Below, in pieces: positions 52,001 to 64,000 of a stretch of DNA of 64,000 nucleotides. Below the pieces are notes generated by a model that had not been told where the DNA came from, did not search any database, and was given only the letters and a program-made list of their open reading frames with translations. The first letter of the stretch is position 1; the number at the start of each line of letters is the position of its first letter. The translations under genes were made by a program, and so were the position numbers. Origin of the DNA: Hemiscyllium ocellatum (taxonomy: Eukaryota); NCBI RefSeq assembly GCF_020745735.1, contig NW_026867508.1:124001-188000 (forward strand). Direction: 5' to 3'.

Positions 52001-52451
52001 TATTTTTGTCTAGGGATTCTGCTCCATCTCTAAAGCACTGTGAGATACATAGTACAGAATTAGACTGTAGACTCAGAAATAAGAGTGTTGTTGTATGTCA
52101 GTTTGGTCGTGTTGACAATGCTCTCAAACGTTGACGAGAAACGTTCTGTGACGTTTGGATTCTTTTTACATTCTTTCCTATATAACGAATAACATTCCGT
52201 AGAGGTTGTCTGAGATGAAGACATTTGCAGTACATCTACGTTTGATTGCAACTTTTTTTTAAGCTGCAGGTTACTGCGACCATTCTTCCAACTTGAACCA
52301 CCATTTCAGGGACCGGCCGTTCCAAAGTTGCTTGATGGTTCTACTCAAAGCGAAAACCACGTCCAATAATCATCATGGTCGTCCCCATTTACTACGTTCA
52401 TATCCAACCTGCAAAAATACGTTTGTCACAACACTCGAAGAGAATGGATAT
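52001..52451 (-). pseudogene. V pseudogene of a different family (V about 52043-52340, leader-like 52409-52451, RSS-like 52001-52042)
   Basis: ATLERPVPEMVVQVGRMVAVTCSLKKSCNQT*MYC..LHLRQPL, frameshift, then KKNPNVTERFSSTFESIVNTTKLTYNNTLISESTV*FCTMY. It is followed by CACAGTG, a 26-nt spacer and ACAAAAATA. Confidence 0.78.
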
Positions 52452-54734
52452 ATGCTGGAAAGGAGAAATAATACTGTAAAATAATAAAATGATCAGGAGC
52501 AGAAAAAGAAGCTTCTGCATATTGTGGTGTGATTCCACAGTGCAGTCTAAAATGCCCATTGTCAGAGCAAAAGTACATTCGCTCACCCAATTTATGTTTA
52601 ATCCAATGAATAACAAACTAAATTGGCAACGTGGCCAGACCGAGGTCAGCAAAGGGAAGCTGAAGAAGAGACTGGCGATGTTTTGCTGCTCTAGTATTAG
52701 TTGAGAGAATGTGCTATATGCTTGACTCTGGCGTCCTCTTGTGTTGTCTCTGTGCAAAGTATTCTGCACGACAAAGCATGAAGTATTGTTGAATATCATT
52801 ATCTGTAGAGTAACTGAGAGAAGATGTATGATATTTTTGGAGATTGTGGAAGCAATTGTGTTTTCTGCTCACTATTTTCAACGATTTTATGCTTATTTCT
52901 CCAGCCTCCTTTTTTGTGATCCTTTTGCATTTCCTCCTTGTTGGTGTGCGTTGCTTGTTTACCTTCGGATCCGTCAGTTTGTGATTTCTCATTCTATTTA
53001 TTTCAGGTTGAATGTAAATCTCTATTTTCTGTTTTCGTTTTCTTTCTCTCTATCTTTCGCCGACAGGATCTGTGCCCGTTCAAACCCCTGTGATGTTTAT
53101 TTGTAGAGACAGTTGATACCGAAGAGAGTTGGCTGACAATGTCCGTCACTTGGTCATCTCACAATCGGTTCCTTTCTTCATGTACCGAAATGCATATTGC
53201 AATGTAAATCAAAATAAAATTCATGATCTGCATTAGGTTGGTGCGATGAAAACTAAAATGGTGAGGCTCAAGGCAATGGTCATGTTCCCCAAAAGACTTA
53301 CGTTTGAATCATCTTCCTGTACAATTGTATTCAGAATAGAATATGCCACTACCTTAATTTGATCGAGTGAAAACATCAATCCACTGTCCTTTCTTTTTAG
53401 CCATGTGGAAATACGTTGGTAAGCAGAATACAGCTTTCTGAAAATGACATTATTAAGACATATACTTCATTAAGTACGTATTTCATTCATTTCATTTTGT
53501 GCTTTATTTCTTGTTTTATTTTTCTCTAAAGGCACGTAGTAGTTAGATACTCCTTTTATATTTGCCTGTTATTTGTATCTTGTCTACAATATTTTTGCTT
53601 ATCCGCTTGCCTTGTAAAATTCCTCATTTCGTCTTTATTTTTGCCTATAAAGATGTCAACACTTCGTCATTGCAGTGCCATTATAATCTCTGCATGCTGA
53701 GAAAAAATGGCATCAACAACTTTGAAAATGACATCTTCATTGAGCGACAATTTCTGGTTTTGTTTAAGAGATCTTAATTCTGGAATTTAGTATTGATGGC
53801 TTTGATTGATGCATGCATTGGAAGAGATTGATGTTTACATTGTTAGATGTAGCATCGAAGAGCCTGGAATTACTATATGAACATTTTGACGGCACCTTTG
53901 TGAACTGAGTTCTCTATTTGCAAACAATAACAGCAATGAAACAGTGGCAGCAATATTCCCAGTAATGCAAGCGGGTCAAAATGGCAGCAGCAAACGGATG
54001 GTGTGGCGGGAATAACTGCCGACTCAAAGCTTAATGACTTATTGTGATGGCTCCCAGATGTGCTTAGAGTACATGGATTAGAAAGAACGAAGGTTAAACC
54101 TCGAGGTCTGTGTCCACCCTGCACGTGCTTACTGTTCAATTGATTGCAAAGATGCTTGGAGGAATCAGAATACCGAAACGTTTAGTTTGGAGTGAAGCAC
54201 ATCAAACTCTTCTATGTTTTTGAAAGAGTTGTCGATTTCTTTTAACCCTAACTGCAGCCGGATGCTTGGACATTCACTGCCAGATATACCCTCTGGCATG
54301 TTTCTGATTATATTGGTGGTTGTGTTGGAAAGTCACAAAATTTTAACCAATATTGTCATGCGCATTTGTACTTAGGTTACTCGAAAACCTAATTATTTTA
54401 ATCGTATTTGATGAAGTTAGCCATCAGTCCTAAATATATATGAATGCATTTCTGCATGGGTATTTAGACGCTGTCTTTCTGATAGATATAGATTTAGTCT
54501 CATTACAATTAGTGGCCCGCTCACCTGCCTTTACAAGTGGAAGATGTGTGGATTGAGCCTTGCATATTCATATCAGACAATGGTACCAACTGAATGGAGG
54601 ACAGTATAGGATTTGTCCTGCTACTGCAGTGATACTGTTCAATAATGCAGTGCCTCTCTCGGTAACAAACACAGACTGCAAAGACATTGATACAGCCTCA
54701 TTATTAGTTGCAGTTTAAACTTCTGTAGATATAG

Positions 54735-57575
54735 AGGAACATAGAACATAGAAGGATACAGCGCAGTACAGGCCCTTCGGCCCTCGATGTTGCGCCGACC
54801 GAATCCTACCTAACCTATACTAGCCCAATAACTTTCAAATGCCGATCCAATGCCCGCTTAAATGACCATAAAGAAGGAGAGTTCACCACTGATACGGGCA
54901 GGGCATTCCATGAACTCACAACCCGCTGTGTGAAGAATCTACCCCTAACATCTGTCCTATACCTACCACCCCTTAATTTAAAGCTATGTCCCCTAGTAAC
55001 ACCTGACTCCATTAGCGGTAAAAGGTTCTTAGTATCTACCCTATCTAAACCCCTAATCATCTTATACACTTCTATCAGATCTCCCCTAAACCTTCTCTTC
55101 TCCAATGAGAACAGCCCCAAGTGCCTCAGCCTTTCCTCATAAGATTTTCCTACCATTCCAGGCAACATCCTGGTAAACCTCCTCTGCACTCGTTCTAAAG
55201 CTTCCACATCCTTCCTATAGTATGGCGACCAAAACTGCACACAATACTCCAGATGAGGCCTCACCAGAGTCTTATACAACTGCAACATGACCTCAGGACT
55301 CCGGAACTCAATTCCTCTGCCAATAAAGCCCAGTACACCATATGCCTTCCTCACAGCACTATTTACCTGGGTGGCAACTTTCAGAGATCTGTGTACATGT
55401 ACACCAAGATCCCTCTGCTCATCCACACTACCAAGTAGCCTACCATTAGCCCAGTAATCCATCATCTTGTTATTCCTACCAAAGTGAACGACTTCGCACT
55501 TAGCTACATTGAATTCCATTTGCCACATTTCCGCCCAGCTCTGCAACTTATCTATATCCCGCTGTAACCTACCACTTCCTTCCTCACTATCCACAACTCC
55601 ACCGACTTTTGTGCCATCCGCAAACTTGCTTACCCAGCTTTCAAGTCCTTCCTCTAGATCATTTATAAAAATAACGAAAAGCAATGGTCCCAAAACAGAT
55701 CCTTGTGGTACACCGCTAGTAACTGCGCTCCAAGATGAACATAATCCATCAACTACTACCCTCTGTCTCCTTCCAGCCAGCCAATTCCTAATCCAAACCT
55801 CTAATGTATCCTCAATGCCATATCTCCGTAGTTTTAGCATTAACCTACCATGGGGAACCTTATCGAACGCCTTACTAAAATCCATATACACAACATCTAC
55901 TGCTTTACCCTCGTCCACTTCCTTAGTCACCTTCTCAAAGAACTCAATAAGGTTTGTGAGGCACGACCTGCCCTTCACAAAACCATGCTGGCTATCCCTG
56001 ATCACGTTATTCCTACCCAGAAGTTCATAAATCTTATCCCTTACCATTCTCTCTAAGACTTTGCCCACCACTGAAGTCAGACTCACTGGCCTATAGTTAC
56101 TAGGGCTATCCCTACTCCCTTTCTTGAACAATGGGTCCACATTCGCTATCCTCCAGTCCTCTGGTACTATTCCCGTTGACAATGACGACATAAAAATCCA
56201 GGCCAATGGCTCTGCTATCTCCTCCCGAGCGTCCCATAGGATCCTGGGGTAAATGCCATCAGGCCCAGGAGACTTATCTATATTCATCCTTTCCAATATT
56301 CCCAAAACCTCTTCCCTGCATATTTCCAGGGCATCCATTCTAATTATTTGTGATTCCATATTCACATCAGCAACAGTGTCCTGTTCCTGAGTGAATACTG
56401 ATGAAAAGTACTAATTTAATGTCTCTCCAATCTCCTCCGCCTCCACACACAACTTCCCACTACTATCCTTGACTGGACCGATACCTACCCTAGTCATCCT
56501 TTTATTCTTGACATACCTATAGAAAGCCTTTGGGTTTTCCCTAATCCTACCAGCTAAAGACTTTTCATGTCCCCTTCTCGCTTCTCTTAGCTCCCTCTTT
56601 AGCTCCTTCCTGGCTACCTTATAACTCTTAATCGTCCCTACTGAACCTTCACGCCTCATCTTTACATATGCCGCCTTCTTCCCTGTCACAAGGGACTCCA
56701 ATTCCTTACTAAACCACGGCTGCCTCACAAGGCCCTTTACACCATGCCTGACTGGTACATACCTATCAAGGACACGCAGTAGCTGTTCCTTGAACAATCC
56801 CCACATCTCATTAGTGTTCTTCTCTTGAAGCCTGTTTTTCCAATCCACACATCCTAAGTCATGCCTCACTGCATCATAATTTCCCTGCCCCCAGCTATAA
56901 CTCTTGCCCTGCGGCGCACGATTATCCCTCTCCATCACTAAAGTAAAAGTCACCGAGTTGTGGTCACTGTCCCCGAAGTGCTCACCTACCTCCAAGTCTA
57001 ACACCTGGCCTGGTTCATTACCTAGAACCAAATCCAATATAGCCTCCCCTCTTGTTGGCCTGTCGACATATTGTGTCAGGAAACCCTCCTGCACACATTG
57101 TACAAACACCGACCCATCTAATGAACTCGAGCTATAGCTCTCCCAGTCAATATCTGGGAAGTTAAAGTCCCCCATAACAACCACCCTGCTACCTTCACTC
57201 TTTTCCTGAATCATCCTCGCAATATTATCCTCTACTTCTCTAGGACTATTAGGAGGCCTGTAGAAAACACCTAACAGGGTGACCTCACCTTTCCTATTTC
57301 TAACCTCAGCCCAAACTACCTCAGATGGCAAGTCCTCTTCCATCGTCCATTCCACTGCTGTGATACTATCTTTGACAAGTAATGCCACGCCTCCCCCTTT
57401 TTTACCCCCATGTCTGATCCTACTAAAACATTTGAACCCTGGAACGTGCAACAGCCATTCTTGTCCCTGTCCTACCCACGTCTCTGTAATGGCCACAACA
57501 TCGAAGTCCCAGGTACCAACCCACGCTGCAAGTTCACCTACCTTATTCCTTATACTTCTGGCATTGAATGTCATA
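54735..57575 (-). mobile_element. Young CR1 LINE with nearly intact ORF2 (APE endonuclease plus RT), lacking ORF1 and 5' UTR
   Basis: ORFs 56411-57601 (FNARSIRNK, VAITETW, VFYRPP, MGDFNFPDIDW, LDLVLGNEP, SDHN) and 54815-56365 ([39 protein letters not shown]) are in one frame, separated by a single TAG at 56411-56413. A CTATGTT tail is present. Confidence 0.97.
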
Positions 57576-58999
57576 GAAATACATATAATATGTATGTACA
57601 ATGTCTTTAGAACGAGCCACCACGCAATATGACGGAGGGAAGAGTAAGTAATTCCAGGTAGTATTCACTGAAATGATGGTAGGTCCTTTTCACATACTGT
57701 AACTTCCTGTAAAATAATTGACAGAAGAATCAGGCCAGTGAAGTTCATGAATGGCTAACTGAGACATGTACTTATAGCACTGTAGCCGTTGGACCAATGC
57801 CTTAGGTATCCGTGATCACAAAGCTGGAGGAAGAGATCCCCAGTAATTTCTATGGGTGCTCATCATCAAACGACTTACTGTATTGCAATGCATCACAAAT
57901 TATTCTATGATATACTTTTATTGGAATTTAAAGTAACAACTGGTCCTCGGCTATTCTTGGTGAATGCTGTGCTTTATTTTGTTCTTAGACTGATAACACT
58001 GTGATTCGCATTCTGAAGTCTGAACTGCTGTTTCAGGTTCACCATGTGATTTCGCGGTCTGATGGGCACTAACTGGAATTCTCAGCACACGTTTTCAGGA
58101 TGACTCCGCTATTTCTCTGCTATTCTGTGGACTGTGTGGCACAGGGATACCCAGCGCTTTCTAAGAGAAAATCCCAGATGGGAAATGAACTGATTTGATC
58201 TGTTTGTTCAAAACAACAGAGTATCAGTCTGGAAAATCGTCAGATGCATCACCTGAGGTATACCATCAGTGAGCAGTGGCTGTCCAACAGTTTACTGGAC
58301 ACTGGCAGACACAATGGCATGAAGCTGTTATGAAGATGTTGGTGTACTTTTGAGACAGTTAAAACAACAGAACTACCAGAGGCAGCACCAAGTGTTCTCA
58401 ATGTAACACTGCATCGAGCAACTCGATTAGTTCGATGCCTAGAGACATGATCAAATTCGAATTCAGCCAATCTGTTTAAATTATACCAAGAAAATGCCAA
58501 TTCCCAATCGAGTTTCAATTGAGTATATTGTCGATGTTAAAAGCTAATGACAGCATTCGGTGCTCTGGGATATATGACCGGGGAAAATTGAACAGTTGAG
58601 GGTATAAGGGTCAAGTCCGAGGAATGTAACAGATTGATTGAAAAATATCTCTCTTAAAAGTACTTTTCAATCATTAACCTGTAAGCAGATATTCCTAATA
58701 AGGAGGAAAGAGGACACAGACAGATCCGAAGACAAAAACCTAAATCTGCCAGGTTTTGAGATAAGTGTTGTTTTTTAAATCTTAATTGTGAGTTAATCGG
58801 ACTAGCATTATAGAAGGGAAAGTCACAGATAGGTTAGAGAAATAAATTGTACATAATGGTTAGTTAATTATTCTGTTATACGTTAAGAAGTAAAGATTCT
58901 TTTTTTACTTTGCATACTTCTTGTCCCTCATCGTTTTACAGTTTACTGCACATCTTTTCTGTGTTGCTGGTTCAAAGTTAAGCAGGATAGTTTACCCCA

Positions 59000-60140
59000 T
59001 TTCATAACAGTAACGAACAGGTAACTATCCGATCTTACCTACCAATACTTGATTAATTGCCTTGTATTACTTGTTGTTGCAAGTACACGTCGAGAGGATT
59101 GTCAAAAATAAGCAGGGTTTTGTCTCTACCGTCCTTAATAACTGATTTTAGGATTCTGGGAAACCGCTGTTTGAACAGAACTCTTCATATTTTCAGGGAA
59201 CCGACTGCCTCCAACTTTAAGTTTATTCAGCGGACACTGAAGCATCCAGCAATGGGAAACATTCATCCCTGTCCATTGTATCTACGTTCATTTTTGCCCT
59301 TTTGATCTGTATCGCTCACAATTTTATGCGTCCCAATCAGGCGAGCTTAATCTCCTATACTGCAATGAAAATAAGTCTGTCCATTCCTTCTTCATAACTA
59401 AAGGTCTCCAACCAATTTAACATGAAAGAAGTTTTTTCTGCACCCCCTCTTTCGCAATACAATTATTCCTATACTGTGGATTCCAAAACGCAATGCATTA
59501 ATTCAAGTGCAGCCTAAGCAATATGTATGCGGTTCCTCCAATACCTCACCGTTCCAAGCTCTATGATTTAGTTAATAAATACAAGTGCCCCGTTACTTTC
59601 AAAACTATCCCACCACCTTAACGGACCAATGGACATGCAAGCTCAAGGCTCCCTGGACCTCAGTGTTTCGCAATGTCCCCTGGTTCCTTACGCATTCGTT
59701 TGCCTTGCTTATCCTGCCGGCGTGCATGACCTCGCATTCAGGAAGATTAATTTCGATTTGCCTCTAATCAGTCCATCTGACAATCCCATCTGCCTCATCC
59801 TGTAATGTTAGACTACCTTCCCACAATTTGTCACACATATTTTTGAATGATTTGTATATTTCAATGAAATTACTGATTAACGTTCATATTCTGACATTCA
59901 TATACTGACATTCATATTTAAATAAGTGATATAACCACAGACAGAATTATCCCAATGCTAACCCTTGCTGAGCTCCAGTGAAATCAGGATTGTAGTTAAA
60001 AAAAAAACTTCGTCCAACAATAACAGTCTGCTTTCTGTCCCACATGAAAATCTGGATCCAAACAGGCGTTTTATTTCTTAAATTCAATGTGGTCTTACTT
60101 TTGTTATCCATCTCCCATGTGGGAACTTATCAAATGCCAT
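59000..60140 (-). mobile_element. Decayed CR1 LINE fragment
   Basis: Antisense remnants of the RT C-terminal half (GGGAACTTATCAAATGCC = AFDKFP-like; GCAGCCTAAGCAATAT; AATTAATTTCGATTTGCC). Confidence 0.68.
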
Positions 60141-62639
60141 GCTGAAGTGGTATCTTTAACACACCGTCTTGCTGATTCGAAAACATCAATCAAGTGGCTC
60201 AACCATGAACCGCAAACTTAATAAAACTATACTGTTTGTTTTTTTAGTTAGTCTCTTCCAATCCAAGTGCAAATTATTGCCTTGCCTCACAACTGCTTCT
60301 GATACTTTGCCACCTTTGAGTTCAGAGTGAGAGATCGTAGTTTCATGGGTTATGCTTTTCTTTGTTAAAAGAATGGTATCACATTGACTCTCCTCTAGTC
60401 AGCTGATAAAGTCCTCAGGTAAATCGTGGTAAACAAATAAATGCATGCAAAAACATGATCAATGACGATGCTGGTTTTAACTATCATAGAAACGTTGAAT
60501 CAATCTTCGAATAACCTTTGTGATAATATGGAACGGTGTCTTCCCAATTAGGATACAACACAGCGCCCGATTGTTTGTGTGTATCTGGGCGCATGCTTCT
60601 CTCTTCTTGTAGCTTTCTGTATCACTACCAACCATCTCCAATGTAACTCCCTCTTCTGTTGGTTTATCAGCGCATGATTTAGCGACCTCTTATCCACTTC
60701 TGATGGCGACTCTCTGTCATTACCTGAGTTTCAGATTCATTCTCTCCTCATGTTGCAATCTCTCTGTATCAGTGTACTCAGCCTCACTTTGATTTGATAG
60801 ACCATAACTTAACAAAAATCAGTTACACATGGCGACTTCAACCTTAAATTTCCATCTGTCGAAATGTAGGGTGCTGAAAGTAACTGGCATACTGAGTTAG
60901 TACAGAGAAACATAAATAGATTTTATTCATTTGATGCAAATGCTTTTGAGCATGGGTGAAATGTTTTGCCTATCTCCACAGTTATCGGCAACGTAGAGAT
61001 GTGAGCGTATGTCTGGGAGGGACAAAGTCAGAAGTCTGACGATACCAGGTTAGAGTTCAACTGATTTATTTAAACTCACAATATTTCATAGCGCTGCTCC
61101 TTCTGTTGGAATACAACCAGGTATCGTCAGACTTCTGAGTGAAGTAAAGAGAGAATTATATTGCTGGTTATCTGGTGTTACATGTATGCTTACTAGATCA
61201 TGCCAGGATGACAGTTTCATTCCCTTCATCCAGATGAGCTGTTCCTGACAACTGATTCTCGATCACCATTAATTCTTCATAACTGCTCTTTTTTGCTGAT
61301 TTGTAGTCTGCAATGGCGGGATTGGAAACACTTTTCCGAGAATATTACCGATCCCTTTTGATAGATAGCCTATTGACCAGACCACAAGTACTCTCCCTCA
61401 CGTCGTTATTATAAAGGTGAAGCTGATCTACGATGATAGAGGTGCTGAAAATTAAGATTAAGCTTATGTATAGTGATATGGGAAAGGGTATTAAAGTGTT
61501 AACATTGAGAGAAAGGCAGTTGGTAATTGCACGAGGACTTTCATGTGTCAGAATGTGGATGATGAACCCAACTGCTAATTTAAACCAAATACCCAGAAAA
61601 CCTCACCTCGCATTGCAATCTGTTAAAAATGTCTGAGTGAAATAAGAGCTCTAATTTACTCTCTATAAATAAAAAGTAATAATTTATTTACTTAACACTA
61701 ACAGGGAACACTCAGTAAGGCCTTTAACAAACCGAACATTCTTTCCCATACCTAACCAATGCCGCTTAGCTGAATATAATTCTATTGAAATGCAGTTCAA
61801 TAACACAGTTATTGAACGTCACAATTACTCCACTTCTCAAAGTTCATAATTCTCTTATGCTGTCTTCCATCCAGTCTTCCTTCAGGTCTTCTGATTTTGC
61901 TATCTTCACCTTGGGTCATCTTACTTTCAAAAAATATCTTTTGATGGATAGTGCACGCTGAAATTTCTCTGAGACAAGGTGTTTATTTCTTCAGATGGCA
62001 GTTGTTATGATAAGTTTTCAGATTGCGCATGGTTTTAAAAACCCCGACATTTTTCGCTCTCATTGGTCCGATGCTGTCAATACAAGAGATTCAAACTCAA
62101 TCAGTTTAGTAACCTTGGTACAGCATAAATTAATTGTTTAAATATGTCTTATTGTCAAAACAACAACCAAAATTCAGCTATTCATTTAAGCCATTTGTTA
62201 CATGTTGCCACTTTGGAACAGCCAGTAACATCACTGTTCTGTATTCCAGCAGTTGTGGCTGTACTTCAAATTTACTTTAAAATTCAGAACGCACAATCTG
62301 TCTTCAAATGAGCATACACTCCTTTGACGTTGTAACATGAAGAATTATCGGGTGATGGTGCATGGACAATTTGAGCCGCATAAATTAGCTTTGGATCAGG
62401 ATAACCTGTAACAAAATTAAGAAGTGATGCAGATAGAGAAAAAGAGTCTTCAGAACAAGACTACTGGAAATCTGAGGAATTCTTTCCAATTGATGAAAGA
62501 TATTGGGTGAAAGTTATTTTTGCTCTAATGACACTGAGATACTAACACTTATCAGCAAAGTGCAACCATCCGATAACCCAAGACAGCAGATCACTGAAAG
62601 TGGGGTTTTAGAATGGGTGTCTTCTATGACAAACTTGCT

Positions 62640-63220
62640 CCTTTGACAAGATTATGCATTTGTTTTAGAGAGGTCGTAAATGAAACAAACAGTTGAAATG
62701 GGTGATAATGATAATTTCGTCCATAACACAATGTTTGGCTTCCATAATCAATTTCAATCCGTGAGAGATGGAAATTTGAACAAAGAGAATGCCTCACGTG
62801 GAAAGGGGAAAGTAGATGTCGGTGAAGATCATAAGGATAATTTATCCAACGGCAAAAAGGAAACCATTGAAGCGGACGGAGAAGTTCAAAATATCCAGTA
62901 TTTTCACTGCAAAGAAGTAGGCTACATGAAATCACAATGTTAGTGGTTGAGGAGTAACACTGAGATGATGCGGGAACACAACATAAGGCAGTGAATTTTG
63001 CTGTTGTGGTAACAGAAAGCACAATGGACGCTAGAAAGCTGCACTAGATGTACAAGCCGGTCGGAGTTTGGTTACAGCGTAAATGCCAGATCTTCTTCCA
63101 CCATATACTGTGAAGGTAAGGTTTATTCACATTGGCCACGAACAGCAGGTGAAGAGGTTACAATATTAAGTTACACAGGATCCTTTCAGTCTATGATGCT
63201 GCCTGATGAGGAGATGATGC
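62640..63220 (+). mobile_element. Gypsy (Gmr1-like) LTR retrotransposon relic: gag zinc knuckle and protease start
   Basis: YFHCKEVGYMKSQC*W is a degenerate CCHC knuckle. It is followed by VTILSYTGSFQSMML, which resembles the aspartic protease motif ILRDTGA.QS. Confidence 0.65.
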
Positions 63221-63234
63221 AAGATGATCAGAGG

Positions 63235-63565
63235 ATTAGATAGAGTAGACAGTGATTTTTTTTTCCTAGAATGATGACGTCAGCTTGTAAGAGAGGGCAT
63301 AACTACAAATTGAGGGGTGATAGATTTAAGACAGATGCCAGCGGCAAGTTCCTTACGTAGAGAGTGGTAAGGGCGTGGAACCTCCTTCCTGCTAATATAG
63401 TCAACTCAGCCACATTAGGGAGATTTAACCAATCCTTAGAAAAGCACATGGATGATTTTGGGATAGTGTAGGGGGACGAGCTGAGAATAGTTCACAGGTT
63501 GGCGCAACATCGAGGGGCGAAGAGCCTGTTCTACGCTGTATTGTTCTGTGTTCTATATTCTATAT
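63235..63565 (+). mobile_element. CR1 3' fragment
   Basis: GLDRVD...RGHNYKLRGDRFKTD...RVVRAWN and a TTCTATATTCTAT tail. Confidence 0.85.
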
Positions 63566-64000
63566 GTACTTCTGAAGGACTATTGTGAAAAAAAGCACCA
63601 GTAACATAATTAACGGTGAGACAAGAAGTGTTCAATTATGTAAAGTTAGTTTAGAGTGTCCAGTGAAGAATGGAGAATTCGTGGAAGGAGTACTGGGCAA
63701 ACTCTCGTCACCAGGAATACAGTTCGTTGCTCACAATAATGCATGTGTCGACTAGATTCCCAAATGTGTTCCAGTATGCAATATCATATGTAAAAGTATT
63801 GGAAAGGAATTACTCAAATTTGTCACAGGTTACGGACTACCAACAGAAAAAAATCAGATCACAGGTAAAACATCACATCAAAATTATGAAAGGAAGTTAT
63901 GGACAATTTAGGAATAAAACAATTTAAATCTACTGCGTAACATCCAGAATGCAGATAGTGCGAGAAGGGCAGCATCATGTATTACAGACCATGTTGAGGG

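Noticed and set aside
52500-52574. + strand GAEKEASAYCGV followed by CACAGTG, 23 nt and AGCAAAAGT, resembling a V end with an RSS
   Set aside because: There is no upstream V framework (that space is AT-rich sequence and the opposite-strand leader of the 52 kb V) and the nonamer is poor. It is probably a cryptic RSS, though a tiny relic cannot be excluded.
54500-54735. V-like fragments (EDVWIEPC, RQWYQLNGG, YSLIIS) beside the young CR1
   Set aside because: The motifs fall in three different frames and there is no YYC or RSS on the far side of the CR1.
54930-57632. Several + strand ORFs of up to 173 aa overlapping the CR1
   Set aside because: They are antisense frames of CR1 ORF2, a common feature of these elements, with no independent evidence.
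62195-62400. ATLEQPVTSL, similar to the N-terminus of the 52 kb V
   Set aside because: The similarity does not extend; no Cys, Trp, YYC or RSS follows.
1-64000. CRISPR arrays, rRNA genes, operons or other prokaryotic systems
   Set aside because: None seen. The window is vertebrate DNA with spliceosomal introns, and the only tandem array has no spacers.

Overview
Eukaryotic, repeat-rich genomic DNA. The CR1 LINEs, HE1/V-SINE-like and Deu-type SINEs and Penelope-like repeats point to a cartilaginous fish, probably a shark; this is inferred from repeat and gene families, not from a database search. The window has two parts. The left part (0.6-24 kb) is a minus-strand tandem cluster of GPR139/GPR142-like class A GPCR genes: one apparently intact two-exon gene of 321 aa and two pseudogenes. 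The right part (34-52.5 kb) is a cluster of antigen-receptor V gene segments, mostly TCR alpha/delta-like. It holds one intact V (leader exon, V exon, 23-bp-spacer RSS) and at least six decayed V segments, arranged as two convergent blocks: + strand Vs at 34-45.6 kb and - strand Vs at 47-52.5 kb. I recognised no D, J or C segments. The rest is mostly CR1 fragments, plus one nearly intact CR1 ORF2, a Penelope-like inverted insertion, a Gypsy relic, a degenerate tRNA-Gln and a 515-N assembly gap. Most short ORFs in the supplied track are antisense or off-frame noise from repeats. All translations and alignments were done by eye, so repeat boundaries are approximate.
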